Origin: an uncultured delta proteobacterium
Lineage (GTDB): Bacteria > Myxococcota_A > Polyangia > Polyangiales > Polyangiaceae
Direction: 5' to 3'
Length of the DNA stretch: 64,000 bases
Assembly (NCBI GenBank): GCA_963806225.1
Contig: CAWDXG010000003.1
Location: 224,001 to 288,000 of the forward strand
The notes under the pieces were generated by a model that was not told the origin of the DNA, did no database searches, and saw only the letters and a program-made list of their open reading frames with translations. This document shows positions 34,054-44,295 of the stretch, piece by piece. How positions within the stretch are numbered: the stretch's first letter is position 1; the number at the start of each line of letters is the position of its first letter. Both the position numbers and the translations under genes were made by a program.

Positions 34054-36030
34054 ATGCCTCCTCGGCTCCGCTTCGGGATCGTGTTCGTGCTCGCTGTGGC
34101 GGGCTGCGGCTACGACAAGGCGGATCGCTGGGACATCCCGCAGGCTCTGGCAGCGCCGGCGTGCGAGCTCGACAGCGTGCGCTGCGGCGACGGCGGCGTG
34201 CAGCGCTGCGAGAACCACGGCAGCGGGCCCGGCTGGATCACGCTCGACGACTGCGGCGCGCGGGGCCAGGTGTGCGTGCCGGCGCTGCTCGAGTGCAGGG
34301 CGTGCCAGCCGAACACATCGAGCTGCGAGGGCCAGAAAGTCGTCCGCTGCGACAAGACCGGCAACAAGAAGACCATCGAGCAGACCTGCACCGGCGACGG
34401 CGTCGCCTGCCGCGAAGGCAGCTGCGTGGACCTGTGCGGCCAGGCGAAAGTGCAGCGCAGCAACGTCGGCTGCGAGTACTGGGCGGTGGATCTGGACAAC
34501 GCCGACATCAACGACTCGCTCAACGCCGCCGCGCAGCAGTTCGCCGTCGTCGTGTCCAACCCGCAGCCGGACGTATCCGCCCAGGTCGACATCGACCAGG
34601 ACGACACCGACCCGGGGCAGACCGGCGCGCCTTTCTCGGTCGCGAACACCACCATCCCGCCGCTCGGTCTGCGTGTCTTCAAGCTCGGGCCGCGCGAAGT
34701 CGACGGCTCGCCACCGGGCGAATACAACACCGGCACGAACACCGCGCTCACGCGCCACGCCTACCGCATCAGCTCGAACGTGCCGGTGGTCGCCTACCAG
34801 TTCAACCCGCTCGAGAACGTGAACGTGTTCTCGAACGATGCTTCGCTGCTCAAGCCGGTGGAGGCGCTCACGGACATCCCCGGCACGATGACCGACGCGT
34901 ATGTGGCGCTCGGTTGGCCGCAGACCATCGCCGCCACGCAGAACCCCGATACCAACTTCAACCCCTCCAACCCGATCAACCTGCGTGCCTTCCTCACCAT
35001 CGTGGGCACCCGCCCCGACACGCACGTGCGCGTCAGTCCCAGGACGACGATCGTCGGCGGCGGCCCCGTACCGGAAACGACCTCCGGCGGCCAGGTCGAG
35101 CTGACGCTGAACCCGTTCGACGTGCTGAACCTCGAGACCGGCGACTTCAACGCCGATTTCACCGGCTCGCTGGTGCAGGCGGACGAACCGGTCGTCGTCT
35201 TCTCGGGCAGCGAGGCGAGCGACGCGCCGTTCTTCAGCAAGCTGGCGTTCCGCCAGTGCTGCGCCGATCACCTCGAGGAGCAGCTCGACCCGGTGCGCAC
35301 GTCGGGGCGGAAGTTCGTGGCGTCGCTGTCGTCCAACCGCACCGAGGCCGTCGCGCAGGCCGGCGCCACTCTCGGCATCGTCGCGCAGCCCGAGTACTTC
35401 CGCATCATCGCCACCACGGACGCCGGCGCCACGGTGAAAACGACGCTCAGCGGCACTCTGTCGAGCATCCAGCTGCCGAAGAAGGGCAGCTTCGCCGACA
35501 TCACGACCGCCCGCAATTTCATGTTCGACAGCGACCAGCCGGTGATGCTCGGCGACGTGACGCCGAGCCAGGACGCGGCCGGCGTGCCGCGCGGCCTGCC
35601 CGGCGGCGACCCGAGCTTTCTCGTCGTGCCACCGATCGAGCAGTTCCGCCGGAACTACGTGTTCCTGACGCCCGACAAGTACAGCTTCGACTTCATCCGC
35701 ATCATCGCGCCACCCGACACGAGCGTGGTGCTCGACGGGCAGCAGCTCGCGGACGTGCCCGGCTGCAGCAGCGCACCCGCCGACGGCCTCGACGAAAAGA
35801 CCCGCGGCAACGCCACCCCGCCCTTCACCGTGTACACCTGCCAGCTCAGCTTCCCGGTGGTCGACCCCGCGAAGCAGTACCCGGACAACCTCGCCCCCGG
35901 CAAACAGAACGACGGCGTCCACCGCATCGACGCCAACCGCAAAGTCGGCGTCCTCGTCGACGGCTTCGACAGCTACGTCAGCTACGCCTACGCGGCAGGA
36001 ACGGAATTGACGGAAATCGTGCCTCGCTAG
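34054..36030 (+). CDS. Lipoprotein with Cys-rich N-terminus and IgGFc-binding-protein N-terminal-like domain
   Basis: Lipobox VAGC; SNVGCEYWAVDLDN, VVAYQFNPL, SNDASLL, DHLEEQ, GDPS, SYAYAAG motifs typical of myxobacterial IgGFc_binding proteins. Confidence 0.8.
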   Translation: MPPRLRFGIVFVLAVAGCGYDKADRWDIPQALAAPACELDSVRCGDGGVQRCENHGSGPGWITLDDCGARGQVCVPALLECRACQPNTSSCEGQKVVRCDKTGNKKTIEQTCTGDGVACREGSCVDLCGQAKVQRSNVGCEYWAVDLDNADINDSLNAAAQQFAVVVSNPQPDVSAQVDIDQDDTDPGQTGAPFSVANTTIPPLGLRVFKLGPREVDGSPPGEYNTGTNTALTRHAYRISSNVPVVAYQFNPLENVNVFSNDASLLKPVEALTDIPGTMTDAYVALGWPQTIAATQNPDTNFNPSNPINLRAFLTIVGTRPDTHVRVSPRTTIVGGGPVPETTSGGQVELTLNPFDVLNLETGDFNADFTGSLVQADEPVVVFSGSEASDAPFFSKLAFRQCCADHLEEQLDPVRTSGRKFVASLSSNRTEAVAQAGATLGIVAQPEYFRIIATTDAGATVKTTLSGTLSSIQLPKKGSFADITTARNFMFDSDQPVMLGDVTPSQDAAGVPRGLPGGDPSFLVVPPIEQFRRNYVFLTPDKYSFDFIRIIAPPDTSVVLDGQQLADVPGCSSAPADGLDEKTRGNATPPFTVYTCQLSFPVVDPAKQYPDNLAPGKQNDGVHRIDANRKVGVLVDGFDSYVSYAYAAGTELTEIVPR

Positions 36031-36109
36031 CCCGGCGCGACGCTGTCCGGCATGGTGCGGGGGTCACCAGGAAGGCGGGAAGACGGGAAGGTCTTCGGGT
36101 GTCGAGGAA

Positions 36110-36797
36110 CGGCGCGACGTGCAGGGACGGCGCGACGTGCAGGGCGGCGCGACGTGCAGGGCGGCGCGACGTGCAGGGCGGCGCGACGTGCAGGGCGGCG
36201 CGACGTGCAGGGCGGCGCGACGTGCAGGGCGGCGCGACGTGCAGGGCGGCGCGACGTGCAGGGCGGCGCGACGTGCAGGGCGGCGCGACGTGCAGGGCGG
36301 CGCGACGTGCAGGGCGGCGCGACGTGCAGGGCGGCGCGACGTGCAGGGCGGCGCGACGTGCAGGGACGGCGCGACGTGCAGGGACGGCGCGACGTGCAGG
36401 GCGGCGCGACGTGCAGGGCGGCGCGACGTGCAGGGCGGCGCGACGTGCAGGGCGGCGCGACGTGCAGGGACGGCGCGACGTGCAGGGCGGCGCGACGTGC
36501 AGGGCGGCGCGACGTGCAGGGCGGCGCGACGTGCAGGGCGGCGCGACGTGCAGGGACGGCGCGACGTGCAGGGACGGCGCGACGTGCAGGGACGGCGCGA
36601 CGTGCAGGGACGGCGCGACGTGCAGGGCGGCGCGACGTGCAGGGCGGCGCGACGTGCAGGGCGGCGCGACGTGCAGGGCGGCGCGACGTGCAGGGCGGCG
36701 CGACGTGCAGGGCGGCGCGACGTGCAGGGACGGCGCGACGTGCAGGGACGGCGCGACGTGCAGGGACGGCGCGACGTGCAGGGCGGCGCGACGTGCA
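36110..36797. repeat. 17/18-bp tandem satellite GGG(A)CGGCGCGACGTGCA, about 40 copies
   Basis: Directly visible; last copy runs into the CGTGCATTTC half-site of array C. Confidence 0.95.
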
Positions 36798-37108
36798 TTT
36801 CGGTGCTCTCGGGCGCCCCGGTGCGTCGAAATGCGCGTGTGGCGTGCATTTCGGTGCTCTCGGGCGTCCCGGAGCGTCGAAATGCGCGTGTGGCGTGCAT
36901 TTCGGTGCTCTCGGGCGTCCCGGAGCGTCGAAATGCGCGTGTGGCGTGCATTTCGGTGCTCTCGGGCGTCCCGGAGCGTCGAAATGCGCGTGTGGCGTGC
37001 ATTTCAGTGCTCTCGGGTGTCCCGGAGCGTCGAAATGCGCGTGTGGCGTGCATTTCGGTGCTCTCGGGCATCCCGGAGCGTCGAAATGCGCGTGCGCCAC
37101 GCATTTCA
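36793..37108. repeat. 51-bp tandem array C (about 6 units)
   Basis: Unit GCATTTCGGTGCTCTCGGGCGTCCCGGAGCGTCGAAATGCGCGTGTGGCGT; hairpin CGAAATGCGCG-TGTGG-CGTGCATTTCG. Confidence 0.92.
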
Positions 37109-37161
37109 CCGCCCTTGCTTCTCTCTCATGGGTTGCCCCCGCGCCCCACGGCACTCCACGG

Positions 37162-37229
37162 CGCGGCGCGCTTCCGCGCGCCGCGGGCCCGCCAAGCGCG
37201 GCCGCTCCGCGCCCGCGCGGGGGCCCCAC
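37162..37229. repeat. REP-like double-hairpin module copy
   Basis: GCGGCGCGC-TTCC-GCGCGCCGC then GGGCCCGCC-AA..GGGGGCC-CCAC, near-identical to 29297-29342. Confidence 0.75.
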
Positions 37230-37519
37230 GCCATTTCACGTCACTGCGCGCCCCGCGTCACTCCACGTCACTGCGCGCCCCGCGCGATTTCACGTCACTG
37301 CGCGCTTCCGCGCGCACAGCGCGCCCGCCCGCACCAAGACGTCACCTCTCTGGATGAGCCGCACCCTTCGCCCCACCCCTCGACCCCAAAAAAGAAAACC
37401 GTCCCCCGATCCGTGAAACGCGCCTTCCCGCCTTCCCGCCTTCCTGTTCACTCGTAGAAGGTGCAGAGCGCCGTCACTTCGCCCGCGTGAAGAGCGGCCA
37501 TTTCTCGAGCAACGGCACG

Positions 37520-37851
37520 GTCGACGGCTTCGACAGCTACGTCAGCTACGCGTACGCGGCAGGGACGAAGCTGACCGAGATTGTGCCGCGCTGTCCGGCG
37601 TGGTGCGGGGGTCAACGGGAAGACGGGAAGACGGGAAGGTTATCTGGGTCGAGCGCTGGCCGCACCAAGACGTCACGTCTCTGGATGAGCCGCACCCTTC
37701 GCCCCACCCCTCGACCCCAAAAAAGAAAACCGTCCCCCGATCCGTGAAACGCGCCTTCCCGCCTTCCCGCCTTCCTGTTCACTCGTAGAAGGTGCAGAGC
37801 GCCGTCACTTCGCCCGCGTGAAGAGCGGCCACTTGTCCAGAAGGGGCACGG
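37520..37851. repeat. Diverged tandem duplicate of gene-end / intergenic / gene-end segment (empty form)
   Basis: 37520-37591 repeats the IgGFc gene 3' end (35956-36027); 37330-37520 is repeated at 37661-37851 (offset 331). Confidence 0.9.
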
Positions 37852-39659
37852 CGGCGCCGGGGCCGCTTTCGCGCAGGGCGCGGACGCATTCCTTCACGGA
37901 GAGGCGGCGGGGGCCGAAGATGGTGGGGTCGGCGGCGTCGGCGTCCATCAGCGACGACGGGTGATCGACGCCATAGTCGTCGGGATGGCCGGGCATGTCG
38001 AGCAGGACGTGGCCGAGCTCGTGGGCGAGTGCATACGAGCGGGCGCCGGCCTGCACCGCGGCTCGATCGACGATCACGGTGTTCCGGATGCTGGCGTCCG
38101 GCGACGAGAGGAACGACTCGCCGATGCGCCCGGTGCGCGCGAAATTGGGAACGATGAACACGTCGATGGTCGTGGGGTCGCCGTCGTCGAAGGCCTTGAC
38201 CAGGGCGCGCTCCTCGACCGTGCCGGCAGCTGCGTCGAAATCGTCGAAGTGATCGAGGCCGTCGGTCAGGTTCACTTCGCCGAGGCAGACGCGCAGCGTC
38301 CGGTCGCTCGACAGCGCGCTGCCGGCGATGGGGGCGAGCGGGATCATCTTGCCGCGCCGCGTCCGGACCAGGACGTCCGCGGTCGGCAGCGCGCCGGGCG
38401 AGATGCGCGGATTCGGGCTGACGAGGGCCCGCAGGCCCGCGCGGCGCACGGACGCGGCCAGCGCATCCGCCACCTGGATCGGGGTTTGCCCGGCGTGCGT
38501 CTGCAGCTTGACGACGTGCTTTTCCGCGCGGAATGCGATCTGCCCGCCGCTCGCGGGCAGACCGAGATCGCAGCCTATGGCGAGCATGTGCGGTGGAGGC
38601 GGATCGACAACCTGCACGTCGAGCAGCTTCCCGTAGCCGAAGTGGATGCCGCACTGTCCCCACAGGCGGCTCGCGGTGCGCACTTCGTGGCGCGCGACGG
38701 CGATCGCGCCCTGTGTGCTGCCGCCGATGGGCGCGGAGCCGCCACGCATCAGCCGCACCACGCGCACCCGGAGGTGCGCGCGATAGCGACCGATGGGCCC
38801 GAGCGCGCTTTCGCGCGGTCCGCCGACGCGCAGCGATGCGAGCGTGCGGCCGCCCGCCGCCACATCGATGCGCCCGCCGACCTCGCCCAGGAGCGAGCGC
38901 GCGGCGGAGCCCGGATGGCTGCGGTCGACGCGGTCGCTCGTGACGCGGATGGGCGGCGTGCCGGCGCAGGCGAGCCCGGTCGCGGTGTGCAGCGGGCAGG
39001 TCGTCTTCGACAGCGCGACGTGGGACAGCTCGTCGAGCTTGCCGCCTTCCGGCAACGTGGAGCGAACGCTCACGCTCCGCGGCAGCGATCCGGGCGGTCC
39101 GATCGCGATCCAGCTCAGGGCATCCGCGTCGCGCGGAGCGCCGGGCGCGGCCAGCTCCGACGGTAGGACGCGGCTGAGCGAGGCGTGCGAACGGGCCAGA
39201 TCGATGCGCGCGCCGCTCGCGTCCACGGCGGCCAGCTCGAGCACACGGACGTGCACGGTGAGGTCGCTCAGCCGCACCTCGCCCGCGCCGCCCTCGACGC
39301 CCTGCAGCCCGAAGCGACGCACGCGGCGCGGCGACTGGAGCTTTCCGTGCAGCGGTCGTCCCCCGACGATGGCGCGCAGCGCGCTGCCCTCGACCGAAAG
39401 CAGCTTCTGTGGGTGGCCGAGATTCGATCCAGCGCACGTCGCTCGCGGCGGCGCCAGCGACGCGGGCTTGCGTGCCGTCGGCGACGCCGTTGTTGTCGTC
39501 GTCGTCCTGGTCGGCGAAGAGCGTGAGCGAGAGGCTCGGCGCGTCGACCTTCGGCGGCTGCGGGACGTTTCCGTGTGGTTCGGCGGCGGCAAGGGCCGTC
39601 ACCAGGCCGGCCGCGGCCAGCACGAACGACCCCGCCCGAAAGCGCGCTACTCGACCCAT
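37805..39659 (-). CDS. Secreted HExxH zinc metallopeptidase-like protein (frameshift near 39420)
   Basis: Signal peptide, DQDDDDNNGVAD Ca-binding-like motif, ALAHELGHVLL..H and SLM Met-turn-like motif. Confidence 0.65.
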
Positions 39660-40858
39660 CCGAGCTGCACCCTGCGGAAGGTCGGCTCGGTCACCAGGGG
39701 CGCGGAGAGCCGCCCTGCCTGCGCCGCCGCGAGCAGCGCGGCCCAGCCCGCGGTAGGCAGCTGCCGGCTCGACAGCAGCGGCGCGAGGAGCGCGTCGGAG
39801 AGCGGAAGCTTGCCGGCGTCGTACAGCGCCGCTGCGGCCAGACCGCGCAGGGCTTCGCGGCGCGAGCTCTTCATGGTTTCGACGAGCATCTTCTCGAGAT
39901 CCGTCCGATGGTGATCCCGCGAAAGGTATAGCGCGGCTCGGATCGCTGTCGCGTCGCCGAGCGACGAGGACTTGACCATGTTCTCGAGCATCGGCCGGGC
40001 GCCCGGAACCCGCGCCGCGGCCAGGCGGAACAGGAACGTGGTGTCGCGATCCGCGCTCGGGCGGTCGCTGAGCCGGGCGACCAGCTCGACGGTGGGCCGG
40101 ATCGACGGCGCCGGCTCGCCGTCACCGCCGAGCGCCCAGGCGACCATGGTCCACGCCGCCCTCGCGCTGGTCGGCCCCTCGCGCGCGCGGTCGCGGGCTT
40201 CCTTGAGCGGCTTTGGATCGCCGGCGCGAGTGGCGATCTCGCCGAGCACGAGCCAGCGACCGAGATGGCGCTCGGCATCGCGCAGCACCGCGAGAGCGGG
40301 CGCGATCGCAACCGGCAGCGCCGGCCCCCACAAGAGCGGCACGAACAACTCGACGCACAGATCGATGCGATGGCTCTCCTTGATCTTCGGAGCCACCGAG
40401 GCGATGTGCTGCCCGTTCGACTCGCTGCGCGCGACCCGCGCCACCTCCGCCGCGAACGCCAGATGGGGATGGCGGCTGGCCGCGATACGCGCCAGCGGAT
40501 CGGTCAGGGACGAATCCGTGACCGAGCACGCGGCCGACAGCGTGGCCAACCCGCCGAACTCGTCGCTGCCGAGCGCACGCTTGATCTGCGCGACGGCACG
40601 CCGCTCACCCTGCTCGGCCAGAGCGCGCACCGCCGCGGCATACAGCGGCCGCTGGTAGGTGCCGCGCTTGACCAGCGTCTCGAGGGCCTTCTGCAGCGCG
40701 TCCCGCACGCGCGGCGAATGCGGCGCGAGCGCCCGGAGCGAACCGGCCAGTCGCGCTTCCTGCGTCGGCTTGCGGCGCAGCGCGGAAACAACGTCGGCCT
40801 CCAGCCGCGACACTACCGTGTCGCCGAGTACCTCCCCCTGAGCCGCCCTCTTCACCAT
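39647..40858 (-). CDS. Hypothetical alpha-helical (HEAT-like) protein
   Basis: Long ORF with host codon bias, Ala/Leu/Arg-rich helices, overlaps start of the peptidase gene. Confidence 0.65.
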   Translation of the reverse strand: MVKRAAQGEVLGDTVVSRLEADVVSALRRKPTQEARLAGSLRALAPHSPRVRDALQKALETLVKRGTYQRPLYAAAVRALAEQGERRAVAQIKRALGSDEFGGLATLSAACSVTDSSLTDPLARIAASRHPHLAFAAEVARVARSESNGQHIASVAPKIKESHRIDLCVELFVPLLWGPALPVAIAPALAVLRDAERHLGRWLVLGEIATRAGDPKPLKEARDRAREGPTSARAAWTMVAWALGGDGEPAPSIRPTVELVARLSDRPSADRDTTFLFRLAAARVPGARPMLENMVKSSSLGDATAIRAALYLSRDHHRTDLEKMLVETMKSSRREALRGLAAAALYDAGKLPLSDALLAPLLSSRQLPTAGWAALLAAAQAGRLSAPLVTEPTFRRVQLGWVE

Positions 40859-41091
40859 CAGGCCAGTAAATGAAGATACCACTGATCGGGCGCCGCTTGA
40901 CCCTCGAAAACGCGGCCTCCGCCGCCGCACGCCGCCCCGGGGCCTTCTATCGGGCGAATCAGCGCGGGAGCTCTCCCGTCCAACCAGAAACGCAACTCAC
41001 GAAAACGTGCGCTCTGGCGGGATCCACGGCGGGGGAGCCGTTGTTGCCCAATCTCCACTCGTGCACTAGCCTCCCCCGACAGGAGAAACCG

Positions 41092-41520
41092 ATGCGGAAA
41101 GCTGTATCTGCCCTCGTTCTGTCCACCGTCCTCCCTGCGCTCGTTCTCGTCGCCTGCAAGAAGAACGACGAGCAGCAGCCGCCGCCGCAGCAGCCCTATG
41201 GCCAGCAGCCCTATGGCCAGCAGCCCTACGGCCAGCCCGCGCCCACCGGCTACGGCACCGCGCCCGCACCCACCGGCTACGGCACCGCGCCCGCACCCAC
41301 CGGCTACGGCACCGCGCCCGCCGCGACGGGGACGATGTCCCAGCCGAGCCCGATGGCCTTCCCCTGCCAGAGCGACGCGCAGTGCCTGACGCACCGCTGC
41401 AACACCCAGGTGGGCAAGTGCGCGTGGCCCTGCCAGTCGAACAACGATTGCCAGCCCGGCTTCCAGTGCGTGACACCGGCCTGCGTTCCCGCAGTGGGCG
41501 GGCAGCAACCCACTCAGTGA
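41092..41520 (+). CDS. Small lipoprotein with QQPYG and APTGYGTAP repeats and a Cys-rich C-terminus
   Basis: AGGAG RBS, lipobox LVAC, repeats x3, 8-Cys domain. Confidence 0.75.
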   Translation: MRKAVSALVLSTVLPALVLVACKKNDEQQPPPQQPYGQQPYGQQPYGQPAPTGYGTAPAPTGYGTAPAPTGYGTAPAATGTMSQPSPMAFPCQSDAQCLTHRCNTQVGKCAWPCQSNNDCQPGFQCVTPACVPAVGGQQPTQ

Positions 41521-41855
41521 CCGCGATCAGCGAAGCCGAGTACGAAGAGCGCGCCGCGCCCGAGCTCAGCACCCTGCTCGACGCCTTCGACGCGCTCGAC
41601 GACGACAGCGTCGAGGCCGAGCTCGAGAGCGACATCCTGACGCTCGAGTTTGCCGACGGCACCCGCTACGTGATCAACTCGCACCGCGCCGCCCGGCAGA
41701 TCTGGATGGCCGCCGAGCGCAACGCCTGGCACTTCGACTGGGTGCCCGCCGAAGAGCGCTGGATCGCGGCCAAGACCGGCGATGAGCTCTGGGCAACGCT
41801 CGAGCGCGTCATCTCGGGTAAGCTCGGACGCGACGTCGGGCTACGGCGCGCCTAG
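41517..41855 (+). CDS. cyaY: Iron donor protein CyaY (frataxin family)
   Basis: Acidic N-helix, ILTLEF, YVINSH..RQIWMA, HF motif; 112 aa. Confidence 0.88.
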   Translation: MTAISEAEYEERAAPELSTLLDAFDALDDDSVEAELESDILTLEFADGTRYVINSHRAARQIWMAAERNAWHFDWVPAEERWIAAKTGDELWATLERVISGKLGRDVGLRRA

Positions 41856-43487
41856 CAGCACGGCTTTCCGCGTCGGCCGCGCGCCCCGACGCCCAGTGCG
41901 AGCAGTCCGAGCAAGGCCCAGAGGGGCGTGCCGTCGCGCGAGCCGGCTGCGCGGCAACCGCAGCCGCCGCTGTCGCCCGACGCCGCGCCGCTGCTCGGGC
42001 CGCCGCTGCTCGCGCCGCCACTGCTTGCGCCTCCCGCCGCAGCGCCGCCTGCTGCCGAGCCCCCGGTCGCCGGGCCGCCTGCGGTGCCGCCCGCACCGCT
42101 GCCCCCAGCGCCGCTGCCCCCGGCGCCGCTGCCCCCCGCGCCGCCGCTGGCTCCCCCCGACTTCAGCCCATTCTGTGGCTTCCAGCCGGGATTGGTCCCC
42201 TCCCCCTGGTAGGCGCCGCGGTAGGTGAAATCCTTCTGCGTGCCGTTGAAGTCGCGGTCGTAGTCGGTGTCGCTCTTGACGCTCGAGAGATCGATCTGGC
42301 TGCCGTGCAGGGCGCTGCCGCTCTTCGGGAAGAAGTCCATCTGCCCCAGCGTGAGGCCGGGATTGACTACGTAGTTGCCGGCATTGGCCACGCTGTCGGT
42401 GATGTCGTCGTGCTCGTTCGTCATCGTGCCCGACAGCGGCGTCGCCGCGAAGATGGCGTTGCCCGCGACGAGGCTCACGCCGCTCGGCGCCGCGCCGAAC
42501 GAGACCCCCTGTGCGGTGCCGTAGACGGTGTTGTTGTACGCAATGGCATCGATCACCGTCTTGCCGGCGTGGTCCATGAAGTGGACGCCAGCGTGCTTGG
42601 AATCGACGAAGAGATTGTCGTGCACGTGCACGCGACCCGTCGCCTGGAGCAGCGCGTCGTCGTCGTTGTGGAAGAAGAAGTTGCCGTAGATCTCGTAGTG
42701 ATCCTGGCTGCCCGGGCCGCTGTCGGGAAAGCCGTCGACCAGCAGGTTCGGTCGCGCGCCGTCGGGGCTCGGGTTGTTCTCCTTCAGGAAGACGTTGTTC
42801 CTGATGATCGTCGTGCGCACGTCCGTCGGCACCTGCGGCACGTCGCTCTGCTGCCGATCGATCTGCTGCTTGATCTCCATGTTGTAGCCGAGCGTGTGGC
42901 GGTACAGGTTGCCCTCGATGAGCCCGCCGATGAACGCCTCGGTGCCGTCGGAATTGCCCAGATACATGCCCGTTCCGGCGCCATCGATGACGTTGTCGCG
43001 GATGATCCAGTTCCAGCTGACGATCTTGGTGCTGACGCCGACGGTCTGCTGACTGGTGCCCCCGCCGTCGTGATGCGTGATGGTGCAACCCTCGACAGTG
43101 ATGTCGTGCGTCCAGTGGCCGGCGCCGCCGTTGGCCTTGACGGCATCGACGCCGGAGATGTCCTGGCCGTCGAAGGTGAGGTTCTTGATGACGATGTACG
43201 CCGCGTCCTGCAGATCGAGGGTGTTGCAGCAGGATTTCGGCGAGTAGGCGTGCGGGCGCGCCGCTCGCCGGTCCCTCGATGGTGATCGGTTTTCCCGGCG
43301 CGCCGCTCACGCCGTGGATCGAGAGCCCTCCGTCGTAGTCTCCGGCCGCGAGCTTCAGCGTGTCGCCGGGCTTCAGCGTCGCGAATTTCGCTTTGAAGTT
43401 CGTCGGATCCGCCGGCACGACCGCCGCGTGGGCCGTCGCGGACGCGAACAGAGAACAGACCAAGGCCCCGAGCAAGGCGTATCGCAT
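41852..43487 (-). CDS. Secreted right-handed beta-helix protein with MYXO-CTERM-like anchor (frameshift near 43240)
   Basis: Signal peptide AHA, LKPGDTLKLAAGDY..GAPGKPITI, IxxN beta-helix repeats, Gly linker, GGCGCR + TM + basic tail. Confidence 0.8.
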
Positions 43488-43551
43488 CCACAGCAGTCTA
43501 CACCCCCGCACCGCGAAGGGCGGCACGCGGGTGGCGGGACGTTTGCCGCCG

Positions 43552-44040
43552 ATGCAGCAGCTTGAAGACTTCGAGGTGACGCTCGAATCGCCCGAAACCT
43601 GCTCGCGCGCTCCCGCAACGTGCTGATCCAGGTGCCGACCGGCACCATGACGATGCGCATAATCGACGACATCGAGCGGGCGGGCCGGCTGATGCGCGCT
43701 GCGGCCCCGCGTGGCAACGTCGGCGCGATCGTGATCGTGGAAGAGACCGCCGAGGTGCCGCCACGCCGGCGTCCGCAAGCGACAGCGGGACGTGCTCCGC
43801 GACATGGCGTCCCACCACCAGACGTACCTCGCCGGCGAGATCTGCGGCGGAGGCGTCAAGACCTCGCTGCTCCGCACGGTAACGCGCGCGGTTATCCGCG
43901 GCATCGAACGCATCTACTCCGCGCGCACGCCGGAGGACACGGTCCAGTGGATGGCCGACTAGCTCGGCAACGTCGGCGCCGTCGAGCTCGGCCGCGCCGT
44001 CGACTACGCGAGAGAGCTGGCTCGCGGGAAGACGGCGTAG
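43552..44040 (+). pseudogene. Degraded small myxobacterial hypothetical gene
   Basis: Coding-like text spread over three frames plus in-frame TAG at 43960-43962 before the final stop at 44040. Confidence 0.45.
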
Positions 44041-44047
44041 CGTCCGC

Positions 44048-44226
44048 GATGGTCGGCCTCGCCGACATTTTCCGCCCCGAGCCGCGGCTTGACGCTCTTT
44101 CTGTCGGCCAGACCGACATTTTCCGCCTCTTGCTATAGCTTCGAGCCCATTGTGTCGGCCGCGCCGACATTTTCCGCCCCAAGCCGCCGCTTCACGCCCC
44201 TTCTGTCGGCCAGACCGACATTTTCC
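44048..44226. repeat. Degenerate 51-bp array, G family (3-4 units)
   Basis: GTCGG-CCTCG/CCAGA/CCGCG-CCGACATTTT hairpins at about 51-bp spacing, same family as 52669-53930. Confidence 0.85.
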
Positions 44227-44295
44227 CTGGCATGCGACGAAGCTGACCGCCGCGGCGCGAGCGCGGCGGAGATGATTGCCGGAACGGCGAGAGCG

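Larger units (their letters stand above)
36068..37446. mobile_element. Inverted-repeat-bounded intergenic element (filled form) containing a 17-bp satellite, 51-bp array C and a REP-like module
   Basis: 24-bp inverted repeats 36068-36091 and 37423-37446 (23/24 match); empty version at 37616-37777. Confidence 0.6.

Noticed and set aside
37520..37591. Duplicated gene end as a diversity-generating retroelement template repeat
   Set aside because: Differences are mostly synonymous and not adenine-specific; no reverse transcriptase in the window
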